Counted from the stretch's first letter, positions 43,332 through 53,964 are shown. The stretch: 64,000 nucleotides of DNA from an uncultured bacterium (GCA_963749495.1 CAVVMW010000015.1:288001-352000), one strand, 5' to 3'. Made by a program: numbers and translations. The notes: generated from the sequence alone by a model not told the origin.

Positions 43332-45010
43332 GGGTCCCCCGCACAATTTGTGGGTGAAACAGCTGGACACGTGTTCAGTTCGGAGGGTTGACGTTGGTGA
43401 GTTGGGCGGTCGTGGAACATCCCGCGGCACGCTCCGCGACGAATCGAGCGGCCTAACGGCCGGAGAAGGACTTCAAGCAATTCCGGCGCGGCCAGGGTAT
43501 GGCTCCGGGCGGGGCTGTCAAGGTATTGCTCGCCACGTGCCCTCGTGCCCTGCTGCGCTCCACCTTGACAGCCCCGCCCTCCGCCATGATGCGCCGCTAA
43601 GGAATTGCTGGTGAAGGTGTGCTTGGCTCGGAGGGCTGCCCAGCGCCACAAAGCGATAGCTGATCTGCCTGGCTTGCGGTAGCCTGCGAGATGTGAAAAG
43701 CACGCCCGCCACCGAGCGGCAGACCAGCTATGCAATTGAAGGTTAAGACGGTTCTCAACGACATTCAACACTTTGTGGGCTTCGTTTACCAGGACATCCG
43801 CTTGTGCCGGGACCGCCGAGGCCGTGGCCGGCGGCTCGAAATCACCCTCCAACCCCATGGCGGCATTCCCGCCAAGTGCTCCCGGTGCCTGCAGCCAGTC
43901 CCCGGCTATGATCAGTTGCCCCAGCGGTCCTGGCTGTTTCCGCCGATGTGGGGCGTCAAGACCTATTTCCTCTACCCCCCGCGGCGGGTCAATTGTCCGC
44001 AGGACGGGGTGGTCGTCGAGCATATCCCCTGGAGCCAGGGCAAGCGGCCGGTGACGACGGCGATGATGGGCCTCTTGGCCCGGTGGGCCCGGCGGCTGTC
44101 CTGGAAGGAAACCGCCCAGGCCTTCCACACCAGTTGGGAGGCCGTCTACCGTTCGGTGCAGTGGTTCGTCCAATGGGGTTTGGAGCACCGGCGCCTGGAG
44201 GGTGTGGAGGCCATCGGAGTGGACGAGATCCATTGGGGCAAGGGCCAGAAGGCCGACAACTTCCTGACGGTGATTTACCAGATTGACCCCCACTGTCGGC
44301 GCTTGCTGTGGCTGGGTCGGCGGCGCACTCAAGCCACGTTGCGGCGGGGCTTGGCAGAATTGGGAGCCCCGGTGGTCAGCGCTCTGAAGTATGTGTGCAG
44401 CGACATGTGGAAGCCCTACCTGAAGGTGATCGCGGCCAAGATACCGCAGGCGCTCAACGTGCTGGACCGCTTTCATATCGTGGGGCACCTCAACGAGGCG
44501 GTGGACGAGGTGCGCCGGGGCGAGCAGTCGCGCTTGCACGGCCGGCCCCTGGCTCAGCGGCTCAAGGGCATGCGCTGGCAGTTGTTGCGCCGGGGCAGCC
44601 GGGTGCGGGGCCGTGCCCGCTCCAAGCTCAACGCCCTGTTGGCCAGCAAGCTGGCGACGGCACGGGCCTGGAACCTCAAGGAGAGCTTCGACTACCTTTG
44701 GCACTACCGTTCTCCGATCTATGTGGTGGCCTATCTGGGTTATTGGTGCGCTCGAGCCATGCGCAGCCGGCTCGAACCAATGAAGAAGGTGGCCCGGATG
44801 CTGCGCGCCCATGAGCCGTTGATCTTGAATTGGTTCGAGGCCAAAGGTGAGCTCTCCAGCGCCGCCGTCGAGGGCCTGAACAACAAGATTCGAGTGGTAA
44901 CCAGACGATCTTACGGCTTCCGCACCTATCCAGCCATGGAATTGGCCCTGTATCATTGCCTTGGCCGCTTACCTGAGCCTCGACTTACCCATACATTCTG
45001 CTGACCAGTC
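43332..45010 (+). mobile_element. ISL3-family insertion sequence with 8-bp target duplication CACAAAAG
   Basis: TSD at 43324-43331 and 45011-45018. Imperfect terminal IRs (GCACAATTTGTGGGT and ACCCATACATTCTGC). Transposase inside. Confidence 0.88.
43730..45004 (+). CDS. ISL3-family transposase
   Basis: CSRC..RVNC zinc finger, IGVDE, CSDMWKPY, DRFHI, VEGLNNKIR..RRSYGFR. Confidence 0.95.
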   Translation: MQLKVKTVLNDIQHFVGFVYQDIRLCRDRRGRGRRLEITLQPHGGIPAKCSRCLQPVPGYDQLPQRSWLFPPMWGVKTYFLYPPRRVNCPQDGVVVEHIPWSQGKRPVTTAMMGLLARWARRLSWKETAQAFHTSWEAVYRSVQWFVQWGLEHRRLEGVEAIGVDEIHWGKGQKADNFLTVIYQIDPHCRRLLWLGRRRTQATLRRGLAELGAPVVSALKYVCSDMWKPYLKVIAAKIPQALNVLDRFHIVGHLNEAVDEVRRGEQSRLHGRPLAQRLKGMRWQLLRRGSRVRGRARSKLNALLASKLATARAWNLKESFDYLWHYRSPIYVVAYLGYWCARAMRSRLEPMKKVARMLRAHEPLILNWFEAKGELSSAAVEGLNNKIRVVTRRSYGFRTYPAMELALYHCLGRLPEPRLTHTFC

Positions 45011-45041
45011 CACAAAAGTAAGCACGAGAGGAAAAGGACCC

Positions 45042-46012
45042 TCAGTCCGATTGCTGCAATGCTTCGACGGTATCTTCGATGAGCAGAGGCGGGCCTTGGC
45101 TCGGCCTCACGCGCACATGGCGCAAGGTGACATTCCTGGCGTATCCGATGCGCAGGCCCGCGCCGGCCTCTATCGAGATGTTCTCGAGCCGCAGTTCGCT
45201 CACTGGCATTTCCGGCAGACCCAAGATCATACCGGCGCTTCCCGAGGTACCGATGGCGATGAGGTTGCGCACGGTGAGTCGCCGCCAGATGGGAGTCTTG
45301 GCAGTGACGGGCGCTGCGGCGGTATGCTTGCCGGGCTCGGGCGGCTTCGGCAGCCCGGCGCCAAGCGGAAACGGATAATAGCTGTAATCGGCGAGCGGGT
45401 GAGGGTGACGCCGCTGAGCCGCACTCGCTGGCAGCGGTCGAAAACGATAAGGTGAGGCCGCGGTGCCGCGTCGTCGTGTTTGATGGGATCTTTGGCTCGC
45501 GCTCCTCGGACGCGTTCCCACCAGGCGTTGCCGTTGCCGTCAATGGTGCCTTCCCCCGAGAGGGCGATGTCGTGGCAGTCGCGTGCGGAGATAAGCGAAT
45601 GCACCTCGTCACCGTCTTGAGGGTAATCGCTAAACTCATCGGAAAACACCAGCCGCGCTCCGCGTTCGAGGCGCAGGTCGAGCTTGGCGCACAGATCGAT
45701 GGGTCCGGTGAAATACTCGCCGGCCGGCACAACGAGAATGCCTCCGCCGCCCTTTTCGACCGCCGCGATGGCGCGGCGAAAGGCCTCGGAATTCGAGGTC
45801 TTGCCGTCCGGGACGGCGCCGAAATCCGCCAGCGAGAATTTCCGGCTGGGAATATGCGGTTGGGCGGGAGCGATGTCCCCACCCGCGGCGTGCGCGAGCA
45901 GCACCAGTCCGGCTGCGGCGGACGCCAGGCTGGTCAAACCCGGTATGGGGCTGAAAGGTCTCAATCCAAAAGTCCTCCGCCGGTTTGCTGTGGTCGCTGG
46001 CTCATGCATCAT
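45042..46012 (-). pseudogene. GH28 polygalacturonase-like protein with internal deletion (about 45390)
   Basis: DFGAVPDGKT...GGG.LVVPAGEY.TGPI, GEGTIDGNG..WW, TLTRSP | YSYYP...GLPEMPV; the catalytic NTDG region is missing. Confidence 0.75.
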
Positions 46013-46102
46013 TGGCCTGCAAATATGCCTGACGGCCTCTGCTTGTCTTGCACTTTCGGGCCAATCTTTTGGACTTTCCTCTTGACGGTCCACGCGGGAA
46101 AC

Positions 46103-47821
46103 CTAATTTTTCCTCTGATACACCCGCACGTAATCAACATACATGTCGGCGACCCCATCATAGCGGGACAAATCAACGGGCCATCCGCCCCCGGTGGCAA
46201 GATCGATCAGAAAAAAGAACGGGTTTTGCTTGGAGATCGGATATGTGGCGTGGCGGCCGACCTCGATGTTGTCGCAATAGTAGATCGTATCGGTCTCGGT
46301 GATTTTGCACCCATAGATGTGGAACGCCTCAAACCAAGCCGAAGGGATGCCGAACTTGCGCATGCGAATCGGATTGTGCATTCCTTCGAACGCCTTCTTC
46401 TCGAGGACCTTGCCGGCCTCGCCTTGGTTCCAGCAATGGGGGCAAATCATATACGTGTCGAACGCGTTAGGCTCGTGAAGTCCTTCCCCGCCGTAAGCTT
46501 CGATGATGTCCAACTCGTCACCCGGCGATTTGGCAGTCAGGAGCCAGAAGGCCGGCCACGTGCCAATGGCGTTCGGACCGATGAACCGGCATTCGAAATA
46601 GCAGGGAGCCTTGGCCGTGATGCCGCTGCCGTCGTTCTTCAGCGAGGAAATCAAGCCGGAACTCTTCGCCTTCTCACTCGCCCGGATCCGCAGATAGGAA
46701 TCCACCTGGCTAAAGGGATTGTTGGTTCTGTCAACACTCGTGAATCGAAGGGTGCTGAAGTCCTGCCATCCGTTCGGCGGCTTGTGATCGTAATAGGTGG
46801 CTTTGGGATCGGTGTCGGAAATGGAGAGCGGGCCTTTGAAGTCGTCGGCAAAGACCAGCGACATGCCCGTTGCGGCCGGAGGCGGGTCCTTGGGGATTCC
46901 TTCGTTCCAGGAAACGCCTCCCTTGTTGTAGAGCTGGAGGTAGCAATAGTCTTTAACGGTTCCGTTCTCGCCACTGATTCTCACCGTCACGGGGCCGTGT
47001 GGGTACTGCTCCGCCGGGAAGACGAACGAGCCGTTGCCTTTCGCATCGAGGGCAACAGTGGCAACCGTGGAATCAGACCCGAAGCCGTCGCCTTGCTTCC
47101 AGCATTTCACCGTCACGCTGTTGAAGCCCGGTGCCGCGAGAGTGACGAGGGTGTCACCTTGCACGTCAGAACAATATGCCGGCGATTCCACGGCCACCTG
47201 CCACCCGAGCGTTTCCTCCACGCTCTTCTGGGAATCGACGCTGAGGGAATCGAAGTACAGGTCCCCCTCGGCGGGCAACACCTTGCCATTTTCCATTGGC
47301 TGGCCGATGGTGAGGATGATCGCGCTGATCGGGTGGTCGAGGTTTCCGTTCTTGTCCCCGCCCCACGTCTCATGGGGAGCATCCAGGTCGAAGACGACTT
47401 CCTTCCAGCCAGTGAAATCGACGATCCCGCCTTGCCCCGCGCCGGTAGATAGCGACCGGTACTGATGCGTCTCACCACCGGCATCGGTCACCTGCAGGCC
47501 ATAGGAGCACTTGGAGTTGTCCCCCCTCAGCCAAAAACGCAGTTTATCGACGGGCGCCTGAAGCTTGACCTTGTTGGAGATGCCCAGGTATTGGAAATTC
47601 CCCGTGCCGAGGAAGTGGTAGTGCAGCTTCAGACACTGCTTGCCATCGTGGGGCTGATCGGTTGACAACTGGACCGAAGCATTCTCGTCGGGGATATTCA
47701 CGACCCACACCGTGGGCTGCGAGGAACCCTTCTCAAAATCCTGCACCGTCACGGGCGTGGCGGCCCATGCCGGCGCGCTCCCACAAATCAGCAGGACAGA
47801 TAATAGTAGGTGCTGTTTCAT
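46103..47821 (-). CDS. Secreted GH16-like glycoside hydrolase with N-terminal carbohydrate-binding module
   Basis: Signal peptide, DFTGWKEV, LVFADDF, WPAFWLL...ELDIIEAYG, FHIYG, MYVDYVRVY. Confidence 0.8.
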   Translation of the reverse strand: MKQHLLLSVLLICGSAPAWAATPVTVQDFEKGSSQPTVWVVNIPDENASVQLSTDQPHDGKQCLKLHYHFLGTGNFQYLGISNKVKLQAPVDKLRFWLRGDNSKCSYGLQVTDAGGETHQYRSLSTGAGQGGIVDFTGWKEVVFDLDAPHETWGGDKNGNLDHPISAIILTIGQPMENGKVLPAEGDLYFDSLSVDSQKSVEETLGWQVAVESPAYCSDVQGDTLVTLAAPGFNSVTVKCWKQGDGFGSDSTVATVALDAKGNGSFVFPAEQYPHGPVTVRISGENGTVKDYCYLQLYNKGGVSWNEGIPKDPPPAATGMSLVFADDFKGPLSISDTDPKATYYDHKPPNGWQDFSTLRFTSVDRTNNPFSQVDSYLRIRASEKAKSSGLISSLKNDGSGITAKAPCYFECRFIGPNAIGTWPAFWLLTAKSPGDELDIIEAYGGEGLHEPNAFDTYMICPHCWNQGEAGKVLEKKAFEGMHNPIRMRKFGIPSAWFEAFHIYGCKITETDTIYYCDNIEVGRHATYPISKQNPFFFLIDLATGGGWPVDLSRYDGVADMYVDYVRVYQRKN

Positions 47822-47829
47822 CGGAGTTT

Positions 47830-48152
47830 CTCGTTTCCCTCGGTGATCTGCTGGTGATAGATGTCGAAAAGCAACTGCATGTTGGGGCTGCCGACTTCGT
47901 CCAGGATCTGAAAGCCCTCGGCTGAGGTGGCCAGGAAATAGCCCTTGTGGTTCACCAGGACGTTCAGCGGCTCCATAACCAGGGCAATAACAGGGCTTCG
48001 ATACAGGCGGAGAGCCGGGGCCGAGCGGTCGCGCCAGCCGCGACTGCGGCCGAGATCGGTTGCGGTGACAGCCCACCGAGGGCGGCAAGCCCAGCGGCGA
48101 AGCCGACGGACTGATTCAGGAATTCACGGCGGTTCAGCGTAGTCTTGTTCAT
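47830..48152 (-). pseudogene. Tat-signal hydroxypyruvate isomerase/TIM-barrel protein, internally deleted and truncated
   Basis: NRREFLNQ...LSACIEAL | LVMEPLN..NHKGYFL...LLFDIYHQQITEGN. Confidence 0.7.
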
Positions 48153-48236
48153 AAACTCGATCGACGAACGTTCACGGAGGCGTATGCTCGCACGGGTCAT
48201 GGTGAGGATGCGCCGGCCCTTGGTCAAGGTCTTTGG

Positions 48237-51008
48237 CTAGCGACGCGCATCTCTCTCCGCCAAAGGGCGCAGTTCCTTCTCTGACAGGGCGCGTCCCCAC
48301 AAACCGAGGTCGGAGAAGGTGGCAGCCAGGAACTCGTTGCCATCGAAGTGCGGGTTGGCGCCCAAGGCGAAGTCCCGCGCAGTTGTGTGCATAAACTCGG
48401 GTGCCACGCCCGAACTGGCGGTATGACCGTCCATCCAGAGCGTAAGGGTTGCACCGCGCTTGGTTGCGGCCACGTGATGCCAACGCCCTGCCTCGATCTC
48501 AACGCCGGAGGTCCCGAAACTACCTCCCGCTTCGATTCGGGCAAAGAGCTTGCCGTTCTCCACTACTAACCGGAGCGGGTCGTCCAGGCCCGCTGCCCAC
48601 GCGCTGAAAACCTGGCCGATTCGTCCTTTGGGCAATTCGTCGATCCGCACCCGAACCGCGACCGTGAAATCCTCCTCGGGCCAGGATGGCACGGCGTAAA
48701 CCAACATCTGGTCGCGGCCATTGACCTGGGTTCCCTCGGAAGTGCGAGCGGTGACTTTCGCAGAACGCAGGGTGCCGAACCTGGGCGAAGTCTCTCCACG
48801 CAGAGCATCAAGGATGAGTTCGCCGTTCGGACCGAGCTTGGCCTCCGGCGGCAACACCTGCGCCGGGGCCTCGGCGGCCAACCTGAAGTGGGCCGGCGGA
48901 ACTTCGGGCGTCGTTTCGCCGCCTGGACTGCGAGTGACCACACGCCACCAAAGGTCCCTCCCGGTTGCAGTCGGGAGCACACTCAGGTCGAGGTCCAGGC
49001 GATTGCGCGCCGGGCAGTTGGTCTTCAGCAGGACCTTTGAGAAATCGGCGTGCGTGTCGATCTCCAGGCGGCAAGCCACATTCGAAAGGCCGCGAGGCTC
49101 GCGCCACTGAAAGCGGACCGGCCCTGGGCGCACTGATGCACCATCGGGCGGACATTGCGTAAAGGCGGGAGGCGGCAGGGGGGTGACGACAGAAAGCCAG
49201 GAACGGTAGCGGGTGCCAGCGGCCCCGGCGTCGGCAAAATCGACCAACCGCAAGACACCCCCGGCATCGACGGGCAAATCAAGGAGCACCCAGCTCTGCG
49301 GCTGCCAGGCGAGCGGGCTCGGGACGGGAGAAACCAACCGTGCTTCGCCGAGCCGAGCGAGGTTCACGGCCGGAAGCTTGTCCTCGTCGAATCGGTTGTG
49401 GGATTGATCGTAAGCCAACAACAAAGGACCACGGTAGAGTGAGACCTTGCCGGCCGCTTCGTTGGCGCCCGCAACCGCCCGCAAGCCAAAGTCGAACTCG
49501 AGCACCACTTCGTCTCCGGTTTTCCACCGGCGGCGAATCCCGAGAAAGGAACCCGCGGCCGGATGGGTCGCAACGTTCTCAAAGTTCGCGTGAACGCGTG
49601 TATTCGCCGACCAGGCCGGGATGCGCAGGCGCAAGGTCCAATCTTTGTCCCCGCTCGTGAAGAGGCGCACACGCTGGGAGTTGGTTCGCGGATAGTCCCG
49701 GTCGAGTTCCAGTCGAACTGCCCGGCCGGCGAGGGTAAGTGCGCACGCACCTGGCAGGTAACTATTGATGGCGAGGCCATCGGGCGCGGACATCACCGCC
49801 CATTCACTGAGCAGGCCGAGGACCCGCGGGCCGTTAACGGAGCAGCAGTTCAACTCGGGTGTGCCGGCGCGGGCCTGAAAGACAATGGTATGGGCGCTGG
49901 CTTCGCGGGCGCCGTCCATGGGGGTGTTGTAAGTCCACCAGCGCCCGCTGGGATGCTGTGCGCCCAGGCCCCCGTTGAAGGTCGCCAGTTCGAGTTCATC
50001 CGCCCCCAGGGGATCGCCGGTCAACCGCAGGTAATCGGCCGTCAACGTCATCCAGGCCACCGTGCAGCACGTCTCGATCGCCGTGGGGGCGTAAGGATTG
50101 CCCGTTGCCTGTTCGCCGGAGCTGAAGGCGCCGGTGTTGCGGCGATCCCAGCGTCGAATGCTACGCCAGTGATGAATGAAGGCGTCGCGGTACTTCGCCT
50201 CGCCGGTAATGCGCCAAAGTTCCACGAGCCCCTGTAGATCATGCAGGCTCTCCCAGCGCGGACGAGGCGATTGGAAATATTCCCGCCCGTCCAATCCGGC
50301 GCGCAGGTAATCGCCGGCCCGTTCCCAGTCTTTTTCCACCTCGCGTGCCATCAGCAGGTATCGCGGCTCGCCGGTGCGCCGGTGGAGCATGGCCAACCCG
50401 GTGAGAATAGACATGTTCATCTCCGGGTCGCCCGCGTCCAACACCCGACGACCGCTGTCGAGGTAGGTCCGGCAAACAAGGTCGGCAGCTTTTCGTGCCG
50501 CGTCGAGCGCGGCCGGATCCCCGGTGTGCTGGTGCCAGAGCACCAGGGCTTCAAGCGCGTGGTAATGGCCCCAGAGGTCCCAGTTCTTCAACAACCGCAT
50601 TTCTTTGGGGAAGGGACCAAGGTAACCGTCTTCGGCCTGGGTGGCAATAAAGGCAGCGACCACGTTGGACACCTGCGTTTGCAGGCGCGAGTCCTCGGTC
50701 AGCCGCAATGCCTGGATAGCGGAGATGAGGTACTTGCCGACAAATTCTCCCGCCCAAGGCACAAGCTGGGGCGCCGGTTGGCGGTCCCGCAACCTGAACA
50801 TCTCGAGCATGCCTGGATTGGCCTGTGGCGCACGCAGCAGCCAGTTGTTCACGTTGGCCTCGACCCGTTCGCCCACCAGCCCGGTGAATTTGAACTGGGC
50901 GCCTGACAAGGAGTCGAATGGCAACGAGCCGCGGTCCGGCTGCGGCTGCGCCAGCCCGCTCGCTGCCGCGATCCAGCATACCAGCAACAGGAATCTCATT
51001 AGTTGCAT
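48237..51008 (-). CDS. GH127-family beta-L-arabinofuranosidase-like protein with C-terminal LamG domain
   Basis: WAGEFVGK, QAEDGYLGP, TGAFSSGE, ETCCT, NCCSVNGPR, LRIPAWS, RGPLLLA; WHHVAAT. Confidence 0.85.
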   Translation of the reverse strand: MQLMRFLLLVCWIAAASGLAQPQPDRGSLPFDSLSGAQFKFTGLVGERVEANVNNWLLRAPQANPGMLEMFRLRDRQPAPQLVPWAGEFVGKYLISAIQALRLTEDSRLQTQVSNVVAAFIATQAEDGYLGPFPKEMRLLKNWDLWGHYHALEALVLWHQHTGDPAALDAARKAADLVCRTYLDSGRRVLDAGDPEMNMSILTGLAMLHRRTGEPRYLLMAREVEKDWERAGDYLRAGLDGREYFQSPRPRWESLHDLQGLVELWRITGEAKYRDAFIHHWRSIRRWDRRNTGAFSSGEQATGNPYAPTAIETCCTVAWMTLTADYLRLTGDPLGADELELATFNGGLGAQHPSGRWWTYNTPMDGAREASAHTIVFQARAGTPELNCCSVNGPRVLGLLSEWAVMSAPDGLAINSYLPGACALTLAGRAVRLELDRDYPRTNSQRVRLFTSGDKDWTLRLRIPAWSANTRVHANFENVATHPAAGSFLGIRRRWKTGDEVVLEFDFGLRAVAGANEAAGKVSLYRGPLLLAYDQSHNRFDEDKLPAVNLARLGEARLVSPVPSPLAWQPQSWVLLDLPVDAGGVLRLVDFADAGAAGTRYRSWLSVVTPLPPPAFTQCPPDGASVRPGPVRFQWREPRGLSNVACRLEIDTHADFSKVLLKTNCPARNRLDLDLSVLPTATGRDLWWRVVTRSPGGETTPEVPPAHFRLAAEAPAQVLPPEAKLGPNGELILDALRGETSPRFGTLRSAKVTARTSEGTQVNGRDQMLVYAVPSWPEEDFTVAVRVRIDELPKGRIGQVFSAWAAGLDDPLRLVVENGKLFARIEAGGSFGTSGVEIEAGRWHHVAATKRGATLTLWMDGHTASSGVAPEFMHTTARDFALGANPHFDGNEFLAATFSDLGLWGRALSEKELRPLAERDARR

Positions 51009-51025
51009 GGGATGAGCCTATAGAT

Positions 51026-53470
51026 TCAGTTGGGCACTACGACCACGGTTTGATTCAGCTTCGGGGCGGTGGCCGGCCAGCGCAACAACGCGCCGCCGGC
51101 CGTTTCCATTTCGGCGAAGTACTCAAAGTCCTCTATCGCCGCCGGGAGCTTCGCCCGGTACGCCGCGCGGGCGAGGTGCGTCGCCGGCACCGTGCGCCAT
51201 TCGCCTCGGCCCAGCGGGCGGATTCTAACTACTACCGACTTGAGCGGGTGTTGGTCCAGGGCGGTGATCGGCAACACCAGTTGTTCGCCTTTGGCGGCAG
51301 AACCGCGCGCCGTCAGGATAACAACCCGAGCTGGGCCGCGGTACTCCTTCCACGGGTGAGCCGTGGCGGGCAACGGCTCGCCGAGAAGTTGCTCGAGCCG
51401 TTGGTCGTGCGCGACCAGGAATTGGGTCCGCAACAGCGACTGTTGTTCGATATTGACCACTGCGCCCATTTCGCTGGAGTTGCCCAAGGTGGCCAGCAAG
51501 CACCCGTACATTTCGCCGATAAGTTGGACCATCTGTTCGCGCAATGGCAAGGCCTCTTCGCGGGCCAGCCGGCGCTGTTCCTGTGGATTAGACTGTTTCT
51601 CGATTTGCTCGATGACCCGATCCAGTGCGCCCCGCGCGCAGCCCGCCTGCGCCATGCCCCGCGCGCTCCGGAAGGTGTTCAGCCACCAGTCGAACCGCTC
51701 GCGGTTGCCGGCCCTGCGAACCTTGGGGCTGAGCGCCGCCATTTCTTCGACGAAACGATATTGCCCGGCGACCTGCTCCCACGGCTGCCGGTTCACCATC
51801 ATGACCCCTGGCCCCCGATCCCAAGTGCTGGCGCGCGGGAAGTTGCCGTCGAGGCGCGCGAACATCTCCGCGATGGGCCCGGCAACCTCCGCGCCGAATT
51901 GGGCTCGCGCCCAGTCCTCATAAAAATCCCTGACGGGCAAAAACCGTGACTCACCTTCCGGCGCCGGGTCGGCGGCGAAGTCCTGGTCCCAGGCGGCTTG
52001 GGCGAGCGCCGAGATGTTGGGGCTGAGAATCCGCGTGCGCCAATGCAGCCCCATCAACCCGTTGCAGCCGTAGCTGCGGGCATCCACCGCGTCCTTGCGC
52101 ATGCGGCCCGCCCATAATTGCGGAGAACTCAACCCCGGATCGTCTTCGAACCAGGGAATCGCCCATTTCTGGCGGCCTCCCAGCCGTCCGAAATTCGGCG
52201 AGATCGGCGCGTTGCCGACCGACATGCTGATGGCGCTGAACGCCACCTCTTTGGGCAGCGCCTCATCCAGCGCGGGAAAGTTCTGTGTAATCCAGCCCCA
52301 ACCGCAGATGCCCAGCCCGAACGGCGCTTTGCTCTCCATCAGCGCCGCGCGAGCGCATTGCAGGTTCGTGATGAAACGCGCCTGGTCGATTTCGCCCTCG
52401 TGGCCCCAAATCCAATAGTAATCGATCGGGTACGCGCGCTGGACGCGGAGGAACATGCCCCGGTACAGCTTCTGGAGGGTGGCCGGGGCTTCCGGCTTCA
52501 GTCCCAATTCGCGCAACCGCGCCAACACCACTTCCGGCAGGTCGAGCGGCGACTCGGTTCCGAGGCAGGTCGTCATCCCGAGCCGATGCGCCTCCTCGAA
52601 CACCTCCTTCAACATCGCGCCGGTGCGGTTGATCAAGGCGGCGTTGGCAGCCGGGGTTCTCGGAAAAGGGAAATCGTCCGGTCCGTTCATCTCCGAGCCG
52701 TAGTTGTCCGACGGAAAAATCTCGGCCCCGCCAAAACTGTAGCTGGAGGTCTTGGCCGGGCTGTAACACCCGTAGGGCATGACCTTCGCAGTGGAGTACC
52801 ACGAAGCATAATCGCTGATTTTCACGGTCCCGTCGGCGTTCACATCCTCCGGCAAACCGAGCCAGACGGTTGGCTCGGGGCCGAGGTCTTTGTTGTGAAA
52901 CGGATAGGTGTGCAGTCCGATGAAATTCATCCGCATCTTCGTGGCCTGGCTCACCACCGATTTCCAGTCGTCAGTCCTCCACCAGTCCGGCCCTTCCGGG
53001 AAGTCGTGAAACGGCTGCAGTCCCCGCAACTCAAAGAGCGGCTTGCCGGTCTCCTCTTTCACTACCGGCAGTTCTTTCAGCCGCTCGTCAGGAATTACGT
53101 CGCCGTCGATTTGGAACCGCACCCCGAGTTTCTCCACGTAAGCATACGCGCCGTACAAGACCGCCACGTCGCTGCCGCCGGAGATCGTCGCCGTGGCGCC
53201 GTCCGACTTGAGCCGGTACTGCTGCGCGTCCAGGGCGGGATCAATCTTGAGCGCGAAGCCCTCCCCCTTTGGCGCAATTGCCCACAACGTGCCTGTGCGC
53301 AAATAGACGTACCGGCGAATCTCCCTGGCTGCGAGTTTCACCCGCGCAGGCGCCTCGGGCGGACAGACCACCACCCCGCCGGAAGCAACGCCCGCGAAGG
53401 CGAGGAGGAAAACCAGGGCAAGTGTTTTCAAGTCGTGTCTTGTCTGCTGAACCTTGATTGGGGTGGTCAT
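51026..53470 (-). CDS. Secreted glycoside hydrolase-like protein (GH20/GH67-type N-domain plus TIM barrel)
   Basis: LAAREIRRY, ISGGSD..LYGAY...LGVRF, RGLQPFHDFPEGPDWW, KMRMNFIGLH, WAIPWFEDD, GLHWRT. Confidence 0.7.
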   Translation of the reverse strand: MTTPIKVQQTRHDLKTLALVFLLAFAGVASGGVVVCPPEAPARVKLAAREIRRYVYLRTGTLWAIAPKGEGFALKIDPALDAQQYRLKSDGATATISGGSDVAVLYGAYAYVEKLGVRFQIDGDVIPDERLKELPVVKEETGKPLFELRGLQPFHDFPEGPDWWRTDDWKSVVSQATKMRMNFIGLHTYPFHNKDLGPEPTVWLGLPEDVNADGTVKISDYASWYSTAKVMPYGCYSPAKTSSYSFGGAEIFPSDNYGSEMNGPDDFPFPRTPAANAALINRTGAMLKEVFEEAHRLGMTTCLGTESPLDLPEVVLARLRELGLKPEAPATLQKLYRGMFLRVQRAYPIDYYWIWGHEGEIDQARFITNLQCARAALMESKAPFGLGICGWGWITQNFPALDEALPKEVAFSAISMSVGNAPISPNFGRLGGRQKWAIPWFEDDPGLSSPQLWAGRMRKDAVDARSYGCNGLMGLHWRTRILSPNISALAQAAWDQDFAADPAPEGESRFLPVRDFYEDWARAQFGAEVAGPIAEMFARLDGNFPRASTWDRGPGVMMVNRQPWEQVAGQYRFVEEMAALSPKVRRAGNRERFDWWLNTFRSARGMAQAGCARGALDRVIEQIEKQSNPQEQRRLAREEALPLREQMVQLIGEMYGCLLATLGNSSEMGAVVNIEQQSLLRTQFLVAHDQRLEQLLGEPLPATAHPWKEYRGPARVVILTARGSAAKGEQLVLPITALDQHPLKSVVVRIRPLGRGEWRTVPATHLARAAYRAKLPAAIEDFEYFAEMETAGGALLRWPATAPKLNQTVVVVPN

Positions 53471-53924
53471 GCCGGCTTTGACGTTATACTTTGGTCACTG
53501 CCGCGGTGAAGGCGAGCGGCGCCCAGGACCACATCGCCAGGGCTGCGATGGGAAGGCTCGCGGGGCGGCGCATGATTTGATCGTTCATCAGGGTCACCAT
53601 TCTAGTCCTCCCTGAGCATCTCTGCATTGAAAAACCGATTCCAGGTTTGCTGGTCGCCAAGCCCTGAGGCTGGTCGGGACGGCAGGAGTGGCCAGTCTGG
53701 CTGAGGCACGCGGAGTCTTTCCCAGGCGAAGTTCACCCGAGTGAGCGGTGTTTCTCCCATTGGTCGAGTTCAAGTCCCCGAAGCCGGAGGGGCATAGCCG
53801 GAACGACCTGGCCTTCGCGTGTCACTGATCCTCACGCTTACGGAGATCGCATTTGTTGGTCGTAAGAAGGGAGTTATTACCCGGTCGTCAACTTGCCCTA
53901 CAGGCTGCGGCGGCCAAGCATGCT

Positions 53925-53964
53925 CCCTCTCCCCATCGGATGGGGAGAGGGCCGGGGTGAGGGG
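53925..53964. repeat. REP-like palindrome CCCTCTCCCC...GGGGAGAGGG-CCGGGGTGAGGGG
   Basis: CCCTCTCCCCATC-G-GATGGGGAGAGGG followed by CCGGGGTGAGGGG. Confidence 0.8.

Noticed and set aside
43202..44956. Long antisense ORFs (also 27068-28765, 33205-35016, 45452-47452, 52118-53509, 18646-19926)
   Set aside because: Shadow ORFs opposite well-supported genes in GC-rich DNA, with no recognisable motifs.
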